This document shows positions 46,601 through 58,000 of a DNA stretch of 64,000 nucleotides, piece by piece. This stretch comes from Leidyana gryllorum EB-2025a. Lineage: Eukaryota > Protista > Apicomplexa. The stretch is from NCBI GenBank assembly GCA_048772705.1, contig JBLWGC010000126.1, positions 84,490 through 148,489 of the forward strand, read 5' to 3'. The notes under the pieces were generated by a model that was given only the letters and a program-made list of their open reading frames with translations, made no database searches and was not told the DNA's origin. A program made the translations under genes and the position numbers. Every line of letters starts with the position of its first letter. Position 1 is the first letter of the stretch.

Positions 46601-49600
46601 TCAGAAATGAAAATGACTCTTCTCCCGACGAATGTGGGCGAGTGTCGGTTTCCTTCGAGCGTTCTGACTGGTATCCGAGTCGGAACACTGAGGAGGTTTG
46701 ATGTAGCCCGACCACCCGTCCGCAGGAGGGGGAATGTCACCATGGACCTTGCGAATGTACTCTTGTGGCTTCTTGGGGTCCAAGTCGAGGGGTATCCTTA
46801 GCTCAAACGGCAGAATGTAAACGTCACCATTCCTGTTTACCCCCTTTCTGGATGCCTCATAAGCTTTCTTTATTTCTGGATTGTCTAAGGCGTCGATCTG
46901 CGCCTCGTACTCCGACTCGCGCTTATCCCAGAACTCATTCAAGACCTCTTCGGTCACGGTTTGTGTGCCCGCTGGCCTGGTGAGGTTCTCTTCCTTGTTT
47001 CGGAAGCGCATGTGCTTGGAGCCTTCGGTGGGGTTCGGAAGGTCCTCATATCTCAGATCAAAGTTGCGATTGAGAAGAATGGGGTCTACAGGAGTGGTCA
47101 AACGAGTGCCAGCCGTGGTAGGGCAACCCGTCTCCTCTGGCGAGATCTCTGGATCTGTTGACCCACAGAAGTGACCGCGAACGGGATCCTGCATTGGGGG
47201 CATCGGAGTCCTCTGTGTGAAGAGATGATCAGCCTGGAAAAGTTTGCCGCGCAGTAACTCTGGGCAAGGCAAGTCTTCTCGGCTCTTGAGAAGATCTCTG
47301 AAGTCATCGGCGGGCCACGCAGCCTTCTTCCATTCCGTCAAGAAGGAACGTTCCGTCTGAGTTCCGGTTGGATAGTTCTTGAGTCCGAACCGATTATGAT
47401 TGAAAGCTGGTCGCCATGGGTCGGCGAGGTTATCGATGACGTCCTGCATGGTGAAAGACTTAGTCTCCGAGTACAAACCCAAAAGCTTACCTTCTTGTCC
47501 TCACTGACGACCTGAGGAGGCAGCCACGGGATGGCTCGATGGGCACTATGCTGAGTGGAGCACATTTTGTTGTGAGGATCGCTTGGTTCCCAGCCGTATT
47601 GGTTGGAGTCCTCTGACTGACGCTTGGGATATTTGTATCGGTCATCAAAGTTGTACGCGATGTCGTACGTCGTTTGCCAGTCTCTGATCAGTTCACCATG
47701 GGAGTTCAAGAAACCCTCGGCTTCCGAGTCGTCGGAGTCTGTTGCATAAGGTGGAACGCGGCTTTTGTCAAACAACAAGTGTTTGAACTCGGTGCAACCT
47801 GATTTGACATATTCGTCCAGACGCTGAAGCGGATTAGTGTCGAGCGAGATACCACACATTCTTCACTCACCTGACGGGGAGGGTTCTCTTCTTTGGGTAC
47901 AACAGGCTTCGACAGTCGAGTGGCATACGCTCGCTGCAGTCGCTTCTCTCCTTCTGTTGGTGTGGAACCGTCCATCGGCAAGGCAGGTGGGAGTTTGTCG
48001 ATTCCGGCCTGTTGGACTGCTCGCATATGGCGTTCTTTGCGGTTCTCCTCTTTGAGAATCTCGGCTTTCTTCTCCTCGAGAAGCTGAGCTTCGTGCTTGT
48101 GTTGCCAGCTGGGTTCAAGCTGGCGTTCCTGCCAGCCATCTTGGAGAACGAGGGGGGAGTACTGGTCGATTCCACCACCGACGCGTGAGACGACCGGCAG
48201 CGCGTTATCCGTTATTCCTCCTCTGAAACGCACACCATTCTTGCTGAGATGGAGTCGTCTGTGGGACTCTGTGTCAAACATTGCTCAGGACAGGTCTGCC
48301 CCCCAACGCATGCGAAGTGAGCATTCAACGTTTGCGTAGAACGTAAGCTCCAGCTTTGATTTTGGCAACAGCTGTCTGTTCAGCCTTGCCTTCGACAGCC
48401 GCAACCTTGGACCCTTCAAGTTTCTCACGCAGCTCTTGTTCACTTTGACCCTTGACAGCGGGATAGATGTAGTTCAAGAGATCTTCCACGGTGCAGGTGG
48501 AGACTTCTTCGGGTTCATCGTAGACCACAGGGAATAGATCCATCTCATTCCAAGCCTCAAGTTCCCCTTTAGTTAGATTGATCATAGGTACATTTCTCAA
48601 AATTCTGCGAGTGGGAGGTTTCTTGGACTCTAATCTGGCTACTTGTTCGACTAATTTCTTTCTCTCCTGAACAGCATCCAGTTTAGGTCCGATGATTGCT
48701 TTCAGCAGTTTGGTGTGCTCGTGAGACGAAAGGTATCGAGTTCGCATCTTTGTGAACTTTGAGGCCGGATGCGGAACGGAGGGAACCAATTCTCCGTCAG
48801 CCGTAGCGAAATCTAACATTGATGAGGCATTTTCACCCGTCAAAGTTTCTACAGCTCTGTTCATTAGAACCGCATACATCTCGAAATCCTGCATACCGAT
48901 GATTGCGTAGGGTGCCAACGCGCGAGAATTACCTGATTCAAGGGCCGCGTGGACGTACTCGACTCCATGGCTTGGCCAACTTGTCTGTAATTGGTGCCAT
49001 AGGGAAGTCTACTTGTCCGTGGCAATGGTATGTCCCGACTGTCGATATCCAGATCAGGCCATAGTGGTGTGTCGTCGAGTTTCCTGCGGATTCTGTCTTC
49101 CCACTCCGCATTCCAACGCATCCGCCGTTCAGCAGCCGTATTCTTCTTGGCCACCTCCCGAAGCGTCTTCAATTTTCGTGGAGATTCATTGAACCCGAAA
49201 CGCGGCGTTTCAGGCATCTCTTCGTCGCTATGCTCCTCACCCCCACTCTGCTTACTGCGCGGAAAGTGACGGTTTCCATCAAAGTACAGCTCGTGGACGG
49301 TGAGCGGCGGTGTTGGAGCTGTGACGTCTTCGACATTACGAGTGTGTGGTAACGACTCTGGATTGAATGGATATGGCAAAGCAGACCATGACGGATCGTT
49401 CTTGTCTGCCTCTGCTATGGCTGAGGCCAATGGAGGAGGTAGCAGAGATAGTAGATAGGTTTTGTTCGCATCGTTCTGAGCTCGCTGCGATCTTGACAAG
49501 TAGGTCGCCTCCTTGTAGGAGAGGAAGGATGGGGCCACCTTCTTGTGTTTTGCATAGTACTGGCGGTCGCGATGGAACTGCGCTTCAACGAGGTCGCCAA

Positions 49601-49895
49601 CGTTAACAAGTCTCTGGGGCAGCCGACGTTGCGTTAGATGTAGGGATGATGGTGAGTTATCCATGTCACCTGGCCACACTGAGGGGGCCGTGTCGGTCCA
49701 GTTTGCATAGTCTTCATCACCAGTTGTCGGTGCAGGTAGGTTCTCTGGTTGAGCATGCCATTGTACCTTCCGCTTGGCTGCCGCTCTGGCAGCAAAGTCA
49801 ATACTCCTGGCCTTGCGTTCAGCCGGTGTGGGAGCAGGTACTACTCGAACAGTATCCCGAGTGAAGACAAACTTACGTCTTGGGAGACGAGTCAT
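46601..49895 (-). CDS. Large hypothetical protein (~1000 aa), multi-exon
   Basis: Chain of minus-strand ORFs (48864-49967, 48325-48918, 47706-48281, 47338-47859, 46601-47482) separated by short intron-like gaps; no family recognised. Confidence 0.65.
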
Positions 49896-49959
49896 TGTGC
49901 ACCACGGCACTGGCACACTGGAGCGGGTCAAAATATGGGGTATGGAAGTTTGCAGGGTT

Positions 49960-51108
49960 ATGTTCACGAGCGCATCGGCAGGTAAGAGAGATTATGTTGA
50001 ATAACTTGAAGAGTCTTCAGACGGTGCACGAGTGAAGCGACGGCGGGTTGATGAAGGCGGTGCTACTATACGGAGTGCCCCTGCAACCCTCTCGGCCCGC
50101 GGTGGCGAACCTGACCTAGACGAACTGTCGGCGAGAGCGTCCGATGTCAAACCTGGATCAGAAGAAGAACCCCTTAACGACGCTGTCGGTGTCCACGATG
50201 GCGGAATGGAGGACGCAGAAGAGGAGTATCAACATCATTCCTCGTGGAACGGGTCCGATTTATGTCACGATCGACCACATTTTGTGGGTGTGGACCCCTA
50301 TATAGACATGCCTAAGTCGCTGGATTGGCGATGCCGCCGTATGTACCACTTACAACGGAGCGTCGTAGATGCGTGGCAGAAACACCAGGAAATGATGAGA
50401 GACTTCCAATTGTCTATGAGTCGACTCTTCACATCAAGTCAACTAGTCGACCACCGTATTGAGATGCTGATGTTCGAAATGCACGATTTCGTCAAGTCTT
50501 GGGGAAGCAGTGACGGAGGCCCTGTCAGTCCCCTTTGGACACCCTACGTATCCCCATGGTCACCGCCGATTCCCCAGTACAGTCCAGCGTCCGCAGGACC
50601 CTCGGACCCTCAATTACCCCATCTCATTGCCACTGAAAAACCGCCAGATGATCCTCCACCTCTCCCTCCCACTGATGACGAAGACGAAGACGATGAAGAG
50701 GAAGAAGACGGACAAGACGAAGACGAAGACGATGAAGAAGATGAAGATGAGGAGGAGGAGGAAGAGGAAGACGCCGAAGACGAGGAAGAGTCGGCCGTCT
50801 CGCCCCCCGATTCCCATGTCACCTCAGATGAGGAACCCGAGACCGCCTCGGCCAGGAAAGAGGACGGCATAGAGTGCAGCGAAACAAATCAGGAGGAGGG
50901 GGCTGCTCGAGAAGACGAGGGTTTTGAGCAACCTTTGGCTGCTGCGCCTACACCGCCGTGCACCACTCCCTTAACACACGGAAGAACTGGTGGAAAAGGC
51001 ATTAGCTTCAGACGGCCAGTCCACCTCCAAGATCAACACTCCGCCGCCAGTGAAGAGGTGGACGATGACGATCTTATTACGAACAGCGACTACCCAGATG
51101 ACCAATGA
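49960..51108 (+). CDS. Hypothetical acidic protein with NLS-like KRRR and long D/E tract
   Basis: Short first exon (MFTSASA, gtaag intron) joined to ORF 50032-51108; acidic run of about 40 residues. Confidence 0.6.
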
Positions 51109-51176
51109 TTATGATCGCTTAACTTTTGTCACTTTCTCAACAGCTATGTATCAGTCTCAAGTGTTCAATCACACAT

Positions 51177-51392
51177 TCAGGCATCTCCAGACAAGTTGTC
51201 GGCAGCCTTGGCAACGGTGTCATGAGCAGACGACTTGGCTTCGTTAGCTTTCTTCTCAACGTCGTGCTTTTGAGACTCGTGCTTGTGCTCGTCAGCCTTG
51301 TGACCCATAGCATCTTGAGCCTTGTGGACCATCTCCTTGGCCTTGTTGCCGATGTTCTCGGCGGTACCTTTGATTTGTTCCTCAATTCCCAT
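51177..51392 (-). CDS. Small hydrophilic LEA/Grg1/CsbD-like stress protein (71 aa)
   Basis: A/K/E/D/H-rich, no Cys/Trp/Phe/Tyr; AKE..HKAQDA..KADE LEA-like periodicity. Confidence 0.65.
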   Translation of the reverse strand: MGIEEQIKGTAENIGNKAKEMVHKAQDAMGHKADEHKHESQKHDVEKKANEAKSSAHDTVAKAADNLSGDA

Positions 51393-51712
51393 ATTGATGT
51401 TCTGCGTTCAACTGTGTGTGATCTCTACGTGCCGACGTGCACTGCTGGTATCGACCCCACACTCTGTCCCAAACCCCACACTTAGTCCAACATTTGACAC
51501 ACCACCAACAGCCACGTTGCCCCACATTGCCAATTGGGTAACCCTACTGTAAAAGGGAGTCTGATTTTCGAGACGGTGTTAGGCACCGCACACACACAGG
51601 ACACACTCCTGCGAGTCCCAAGGTTGACTGCCAACGCGCTGCCTAGAAAGAATATCACCAACACCCACTTCTACTTTTCTACCCTCGGATCTTTCTACTA
51701 CTTCATCACACA

Positions 51713-52486
51713 ATGCACCACCGTCGCGGCCCCATGCATCAAGCTGTTGCTACCCCGGGTATGGCTTGTCCCCCGCCTATGCAACAAGCTGGTTTCCCTA
51801 CCATCGACTTCGCGCACTTTGATGCGTCGAGCGATGGAAGCCGTATGACCACTAACTTGGTCCAGATGGGCAAAGACGAGATAATGCAATACAACAACTG
51901 CCTTTTCGCCGGCCACGACGTGATTGGCCAAATGCCCAGCGCCTATGCTGTGGCAGTGTGTAACCTGGATCCGTCCAAGGATTCGGGCAACGTTGCTAAC
52001 TGTATGGTGAGCGGTGCCGCCGCCCTACAGGAAGGCACCAATCATATCCGTTTCTACCAATTCCCCGGCACTCAAGGTGGCTGCTCGTACGGTTTGAGTC
52101 ACGAGGGCATCTACGGAAATGGGTGGGCATTGAAGGGTGCCTTGTTGAACCCTGCTGGCAACCTTGCGAGTAACACATTGTTGAAACAAGGCTACTCCAG
52201 GGGACATGGCCCCAACCAAATTGTTGACATGATCTGCGAAGTTTCTCAAGGAATCGTCAATGTTTACTTTTACATCAACGGCGAGAACTGCGGTCACGCC
52301 TACTCCCTCGATTTCCGCCGCAACCCCCAGAGCATCAGCAACCTCCGTCCAGTGTTGCAATTCGCTGACAACGCTGCCGGCTCCCGCGTCTTCGTCGCTA
52401 CTCATCCAGTATCTCCTCTGGGTGTCAACGGCGCTCCGTGGCGTCAGTCCCGTTCCCAACCAGTGCACGAGAACCCCTGCATGTGA
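51713..52486 (+). CDS. Hypothetical protein, possible SPRY-like beta-sandwich
   Basis: 257-aa ORF; VYFYINGENCGHAY...LRPVLQF resembles SPRY C-terminal strands. Confidence 0.55.
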   Translation: MHHRRGPMHQAVATPGMACPPPMQQAGFPTIDFAHFDASSDGSRMTTNLVQMGKDEIMQYNNCLFAGHDVIGQMPSAYAVAVCNLDPSKDSGNVANCMVSGAAALQEGTNHIRFYQFPGTQGGCSYGLSHEGIYGNGWALKGALLNPAGNLASNTLLKQGYSRGHGPNQIVDMICEVSQGIVNVYFYINGENCGHAYSLDFRRNPQSISNLRPVLQFADNAAGSRVFVATHPVSPLGVNGAPWRQSRSQPVHENPCM

Positions 52487-53845
52487 GGTTTCACCGTCTT
52501 ATAGGTGGACTTGATTTTTAGTTGAGCTTCAAATTTACCAACTTTCATATCAAAAGTCATTGCGCGATGCAAAGAGGTATCATTCGATCATAAAATTAGC
52601 ACCGCTCTCCCGCCACTCCCCCATTCCAACCTAATTTACTCTCTGCATCCCTCAATAGCAATCTCCTTCGAGCCACTCCACTGTCACTACTCACCTGTCC
52701 CCTGTCGAATGTACGGATAGATCTAACACTAAATGGGTCTTAGCCGACCACAGAGAATCGGTGCTCTGTACAAAGATAGCATACGCGCCGAACAGATCTG
52801 AGCGGTTCGTAGCTACCCGTAGTTAGGTAACCATTCGTGGTAGAACCTCTCGATCATGAGTGCCGTGTTCTGAACAAAGTCTCTCTTCTACGCTGTATAA
52901 GTGTGTCGCTGGAATCTGACTGGTGGATGACTCCTTCATTGCACCGATCTGCCGAGTGCGTGGGACAGCTTCTCTGTCAAGTCCAATAGCCAACGAATGC
53001 CCCAATGGCGACCTCTGGTGAGAGCATATCCACTCTCCGCTGACGAGCAATGAGCTGGAGGGGCTGAGACAGCGAACTTATTGATTAGGCGCTGCCAGAC
53101 GCATATAAGTGGGTTGCTGCGGATAGCGGCGATCCAGCAGGTTGTGGACAATCCAGACCCGATATCGCTCCTACCTACTCGCTGGCCAGTGCTGTGCATG
53201 GAACGTCAAAGACTGAATCTGCTGTAGAGGGAGGAGTCGTGAACGATGAGTAAGCAATGTCAGCGAGCTCCAGCACTGCAAATTGGTCAAACACCTACGC
53301 AATGATGTGGTGAAGCAATCGTCAGATCTGCTCAAAGATGTAACGGGTGTACATTTTAGCGAAGAGCAGCAGTGCATCACAAGTATACATGCTCGGCTGG
53401 CTTCGACTCACACTGTAAGCAGAATGGGATACCGGATGTCGCTCAAACCATCAGTCTTCTCGATCCTGAACGACTTTTTTCCTGTACTTTCCACGACAAG
53501 TGTAGAACCACCCGGTTGCCCTCGTCTTCATTCGGCCACATGTCTTGTCGACTAAGATCTGTGATTCGCCAACCTGTCATTATGCACAAGCCTCACTTTC
53601 CTCTTCTCAACCCACACAAGACTCAATTCCCGCTTCCATCGACTGTTGACAATTATAGCTCCCGTCACCACTCAGCAGTCTCGAGTCCCTCTCGCTCCTC
53701 CAAATGTCGCCTTCGGACTCGAGACGCCGTCATCCTCGTGGTTTGCGTTGGTTGCAGAGTATTTCTGCTGAGACAGTGCGGTGGACTGAAGAACAGATCC
53801 CTTGAAGCACAGTCGCTATGATTGTAGAGTCGATTCCCTTTGACA

Positions 53846-55089
53846 TGATGTGTGAACTGTTACTGTCTTGCCTAAGTGGCTCGAGCGTAGGTGTGAACGT
53901 CGGCTGGTTTTTGGTAGTTTGATCTGTTTGGCGCGTTGGAATGGTAGTTGGATTCATTTAGCTGTTGTGTTAGTTCGTTGATGTTCAATGACTGACTCAG
54001 TAAAAACGCGTGTGTGTCAAAGTGTGTCTCCCCGGCCGGCCACGGCCGACACAATACGGCTAAGCTGCTTAATTGGGTGTACACGAGCTATTCTTCGGGT
54101 CTGTAAGATGTCGCTCCTACTGCTGGTAGTGTCAATCAGAAATAAACCCAACATCATTTTTTGGATCACCTATACCCTTTGCTGAAGCATCCGTTTGAAG
54201 GACAAAATCTCCATTCTCCTTGATAGTGCTCGTTGCACCGCTCGTGCCAGCTGGTGTCGTGTGTGAACGACTTCCTCTAGCGGGTATCCTTTCCTCACCG
54301 CCACACGTAGGTGACGCTGAGCCGCTGTCAGGATTCCTTGCAGGGCCTCGTCCACCGACTCCTCACGTTTGGGTTGCTCTATTGCTAATTCCAGCTCCTC
54401 CACCACTCCGACGGTCTTAAAGGTTTCCCGAGCCACCCTATTGACAAGGTCTTCATATGTCGACGCATCCGACACTTCGTCAATGATGGTGGCCCAGGTG
54501 GGGTTCCTGCAGACCGCACTCCACTTCTTCTGGAATGTGGCGAGGGAGGCCTTCCTTCTATTGATCTCGGCCGCGGCTTTGTCAACCCAGTTTTCGAACT
54601 CTATCTCTGTTCTAGGACAGAACACCGGTAGATCGAGGTGTTTGATCGCCTTAGCCTGGTCCTCCACCCGTCTTTCTGCCTCTGCCGCTGCCGCTCCAGG
54701 TGGTGTCGAGAATCGCGGTTTCACTCTGCCCTGTGCTAGCTCCAGTAACAGTCCAATATAACGGTTCCCAGAACAGCCCCGAATGATTTGTGAACTGTTA
54801 CTGTCTTGCCTAAGTGGCTCGAGCGTAGGTGTGAACGTCGGCTGATTTTTGGTAGTTTGATCTGTTTGGCGCGTTGGAATGGTAGTTGGATTCCTTTAGC
54901 TGTTGTGTTAGTTCGTTGATGTTCAATCACTAAATCGGAAAACCACGTGTGTGTAAAAGGGTACGGCCGCCACAAGGTGCTTTGCTACGGCTAAGCTGCT
55001 TAATTGGGTGTCCATGAGTTTAAGATGTCGCTCCTACTGCTGATAGTGTCAATCAGAAATAGACACAACATCATTTTTCGGATCAATCA
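53846..55089 (-). mobile_element. Non-autonomous LTR retroelement (LTR - gag fragment - LTR)
   Basis: Direct repeats 53846-54168 and 54784-55085/9 with TGAT...ATCA termini; GACA duplicated at 53842-53845 and 55090-55093; purine tract AAAGGGTATAGG (minus strand) next to the 3' LTR; internal gag-like ORF. Confidence 0.8.
54170..54724 (-). pseudogene. Retrotransposon Gag capsid-like fragment
   Basis: LPVF....FENWVD, TYEDLV..V..F and QPKREESVDE resemble Ty3/Gypsy capsid motifs; no ATG start and no pol. Confidence 0.6.
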
Positions 55090-58000
55090 GACATATGTCG
55101 ACCGTTCTGTCTCGAAGTCTGCCGACCGTTCGTCTGATCCCATTGTGTAACCGTTCTGTGGGTCGCACTGTGTGAGGTGTGTTTTGCTCTATGTTTGCTC
55201 CCTATCTGCATCTGATGTTTGGTCGTCGCCGTCTCTGTCACCACTCAGCAGTCTCGAGTTCGCATCGCTCCTCCAAATGTCGCCTTCGGACTCGAGACGC
55301 CGTCATCCTCGTGGTTTGAGTTGGTTGCAGAGTATTTCTGCTGAGACAGTGCGGTGGACTGAAGAACAGATCCCTTGAAGCACAGTCGCTATGATTTTAG
55401 AGTCGATTCACTTTGACATATGTCGACCGTTCTGTCTTGAAGTCTGCCGACCTCAGCCGTTCGTCTGATATCATTGCAGTGTGGAGAGTGTAAGCGTTCT
55501 GTGGGTCTCACTGTGTGAGGTGTTTTTGGCTCTATGTTTGATCCCTATCTGCATCTGATGTTTGGTCGCCGTCTCCGTCTCCGTGACTTCTGCTGTCTGG
55601 TCGCCGTCTCCGTCACCACTCAGCAGTCTCGGGTCCGTATCGCTCCTCCAAATGTCGCCTTCGGACTCGACGCCGTCATCCTCGTGGTTTGAGTTGGTTG
55701 CAGACTATTTCTGCAGAGACAGTGCGGTGGACTGAAGAACAGATCCCTTGAAGCACAGTCGCTATGATTTTAGAGTCGATTCACTTTGACATATGTCAAC
55801 CGTTCTGTCTTGAAGTCTGCCGACCTCAGCCGTTCGTCTGATATCATTGCAGTGTGGAGAGTGTAACCGTTCTGTGGGTCTCACTGTGTGAGGTGTTTTT
55901 GCTCTACGTTTGCTCCCAATCTGCATCTGATGTTTGGTCGTCGCCGTCTCTGTCACCACTCAGCAGTCTCGAGTTCGCATCGCTCCTCCAAATGTCGCCT
56001 TCGGACTCGAGACGCCGTCATCCTCGTGGTTTGAGTTGGTTGCAGAGTATTTCTGCTGAGACAGTGCGGTGGACTGAAGAACAGATCCCTTGAAGCACAG
56101 TCGCTATGATTTTAGAGTAGGTTCCCTTTGACATATGTCGACCGTTCTGTCTTGAAGTCTGCCGACCTCAGCCGTTCGTCCCATATCATTGCAGTGTGGA
56201 GAGTGTAAGCGTTCTGTGGGTCTCACTGTGTGAGGTGTTTTTGGCTCTATGTTTGATCCCTATCTGCATCTGATGTTTGGTCGCCGTCTCCGTCTCCGTG
56301 ACTTCTGCTGTCTGGTCGCCGTCTCCGTCACCACTCAGCAGTCTCGGGTCCGTATCGCTCCTCCAAATGTCGCCTTCGGACTCGACGCCGTCATCCTCGT
56401 GGTTTGAGTTGGTTGCAGACTATTTCTGCAGAGACAGTGCGGTGGACTGAAGAACAGATCCCTTGAAGCACAGTCGCTATGATTTTAGAGTCGATTCACT
56501 TTGACATATGTCGACCGTTCTGTCTTGAAGTCTGCCGACCTCAGCCGTTCGTCTGATATCATTGCAGTGTGGAGAGTGTAACCGTTCTGTGGGTCTCACT
56601 GTGTGAGGTGTTTTTGCTCTACGTTTGCTCCCAATCTGCATCTGATGTTTGGTCGTCGCCGTCTCTGTCACCACTCAGCAGTCTCGAGTTCGCATCGCTC
56701 CTCCAAATGTCGCCTTCGGACTCGAGACGCCGTCATCCTCGTGGTTTGAGTTGGTTGCAGAGTATTTCTGCTGAGACAGTGCGGTGGACTGAAGAACAGA
56801 TCCCTTGAAGCACAGTCGCTATGATTTTAGAGTAGGTTCCCTTTGACATATGTCGACCGTTCTGTCTTGAAGTCTGCCGACCTCAGCCGTTCGTCCGATA
56901 TCATTCCAGTGTGGAGAGTGTAAGCGTTCTGTGGGTCTCACTGTGTGAGGTGTTTTCGGCTCTATGTTTGATCCCTATCTGCATCTGATGTTTGGTCGCC
57001 GTCTCCGTCTCCGTGACTTCTGCTGTCTGGTCGCCGTCTCCGTCACCACTCAGCAGTCTCGGGTCCGTATCGCTCCTCCAAATGTCGCCTTCGGACTCGA
57101 GACGCCGTCATCCTCGTGGTTTGCGTTGGTTGCAGAGTATTTCTGCTGAGACAGTGCGGTGGACTGAAGAACAGATCCCTTGAAGCACAGTCGCTATGAT
57201 TTTAGAATCGATTCACTTTGACATATGTCGACCGTTCTGTCTTGAAGTCTGCCGACCTCAGCCGTTCGTCCGATATCATTCCAGTGTGGAGAGTGTAAGC
57301 GTTCTGTGGGTCTCACTGTGTGAGGTGTTTTCGGCTCTATGTTTGATCCCTATCTGCATCTGATGTTTGGTCGCCGTCTCCGTCTCCGTGACTTCTGCTG
57401 TCTGGTCGCCGTCTCCGTCACCACTCAGCAGTCTCGGGTCCGTATCGCTCCTCCAAATGTCGCCTTCGGACTCGAGACGCCGTCATCCTCGTGGTTTGCG
57501 TTGGTTGCAGACTATTTCTGCTGAGACAGTGCGGTGGACTGAAGAACAGATCCCTTGAAGCACAGTCGCTATGATTTTGCAATTGATAAAGCTTGGCATG
57601 TACCGCCCGTTCTGTCCCTATTACTCTATGTGTGACGCTTTCTACTGAGTCCTTGTGCTGTTCTATGGTGGAGTACCGAGTGTTTCCAAGGTGTCACTGC
57701 ATATTGAGGCGTTCCCCAACTAGATTTCTGTCACTTGACCGCTAACTACATCTGATCTCAAATCGGCGCCGTCTCTGTCACCACTCAACGGTCTCGGGTC
57801 TTCGGCGGGCCTGCGAATGTCGCACTGAGACTGAAGACGCAATTGTTATGATTTGAGAGCCAAGTCGAACAGATCTGAGGTTTATCATTGTGCTTGGGGA
57901 GCTGCTGTTCGGGGCAAAGTTCAAAGGGTCGGAATGGTTGAGGCGATGCTAAGTTGGTGTAGAAAGGTTGTGAAAGAGCGAAAACGCTAGTTTGTGTGTG

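Larger units (their letters stand above)
53662..57860. repeat. Satellite array of 342/373/375-bp monomers with 715-bp higher-order dimer
   Basis: Marker CCCTTGA ends at 55378, 55751, 56093, 56466, 56808, 57183 and 57558 (spacings 373, 342, 373, 342, 375, 375). Partial copy at about 53662-53845; degenerate copy at about 57600-57860. Confidence 0.95.

Noticed and set aside
55090-57580. CRISPR array, 5S rRNA or spliced-leader gene array
   Set aside because: Whole monomers repeat with no unique spacers; no 5S sequence or convincing SL/Sm-site features recognised; eukaryotic context.
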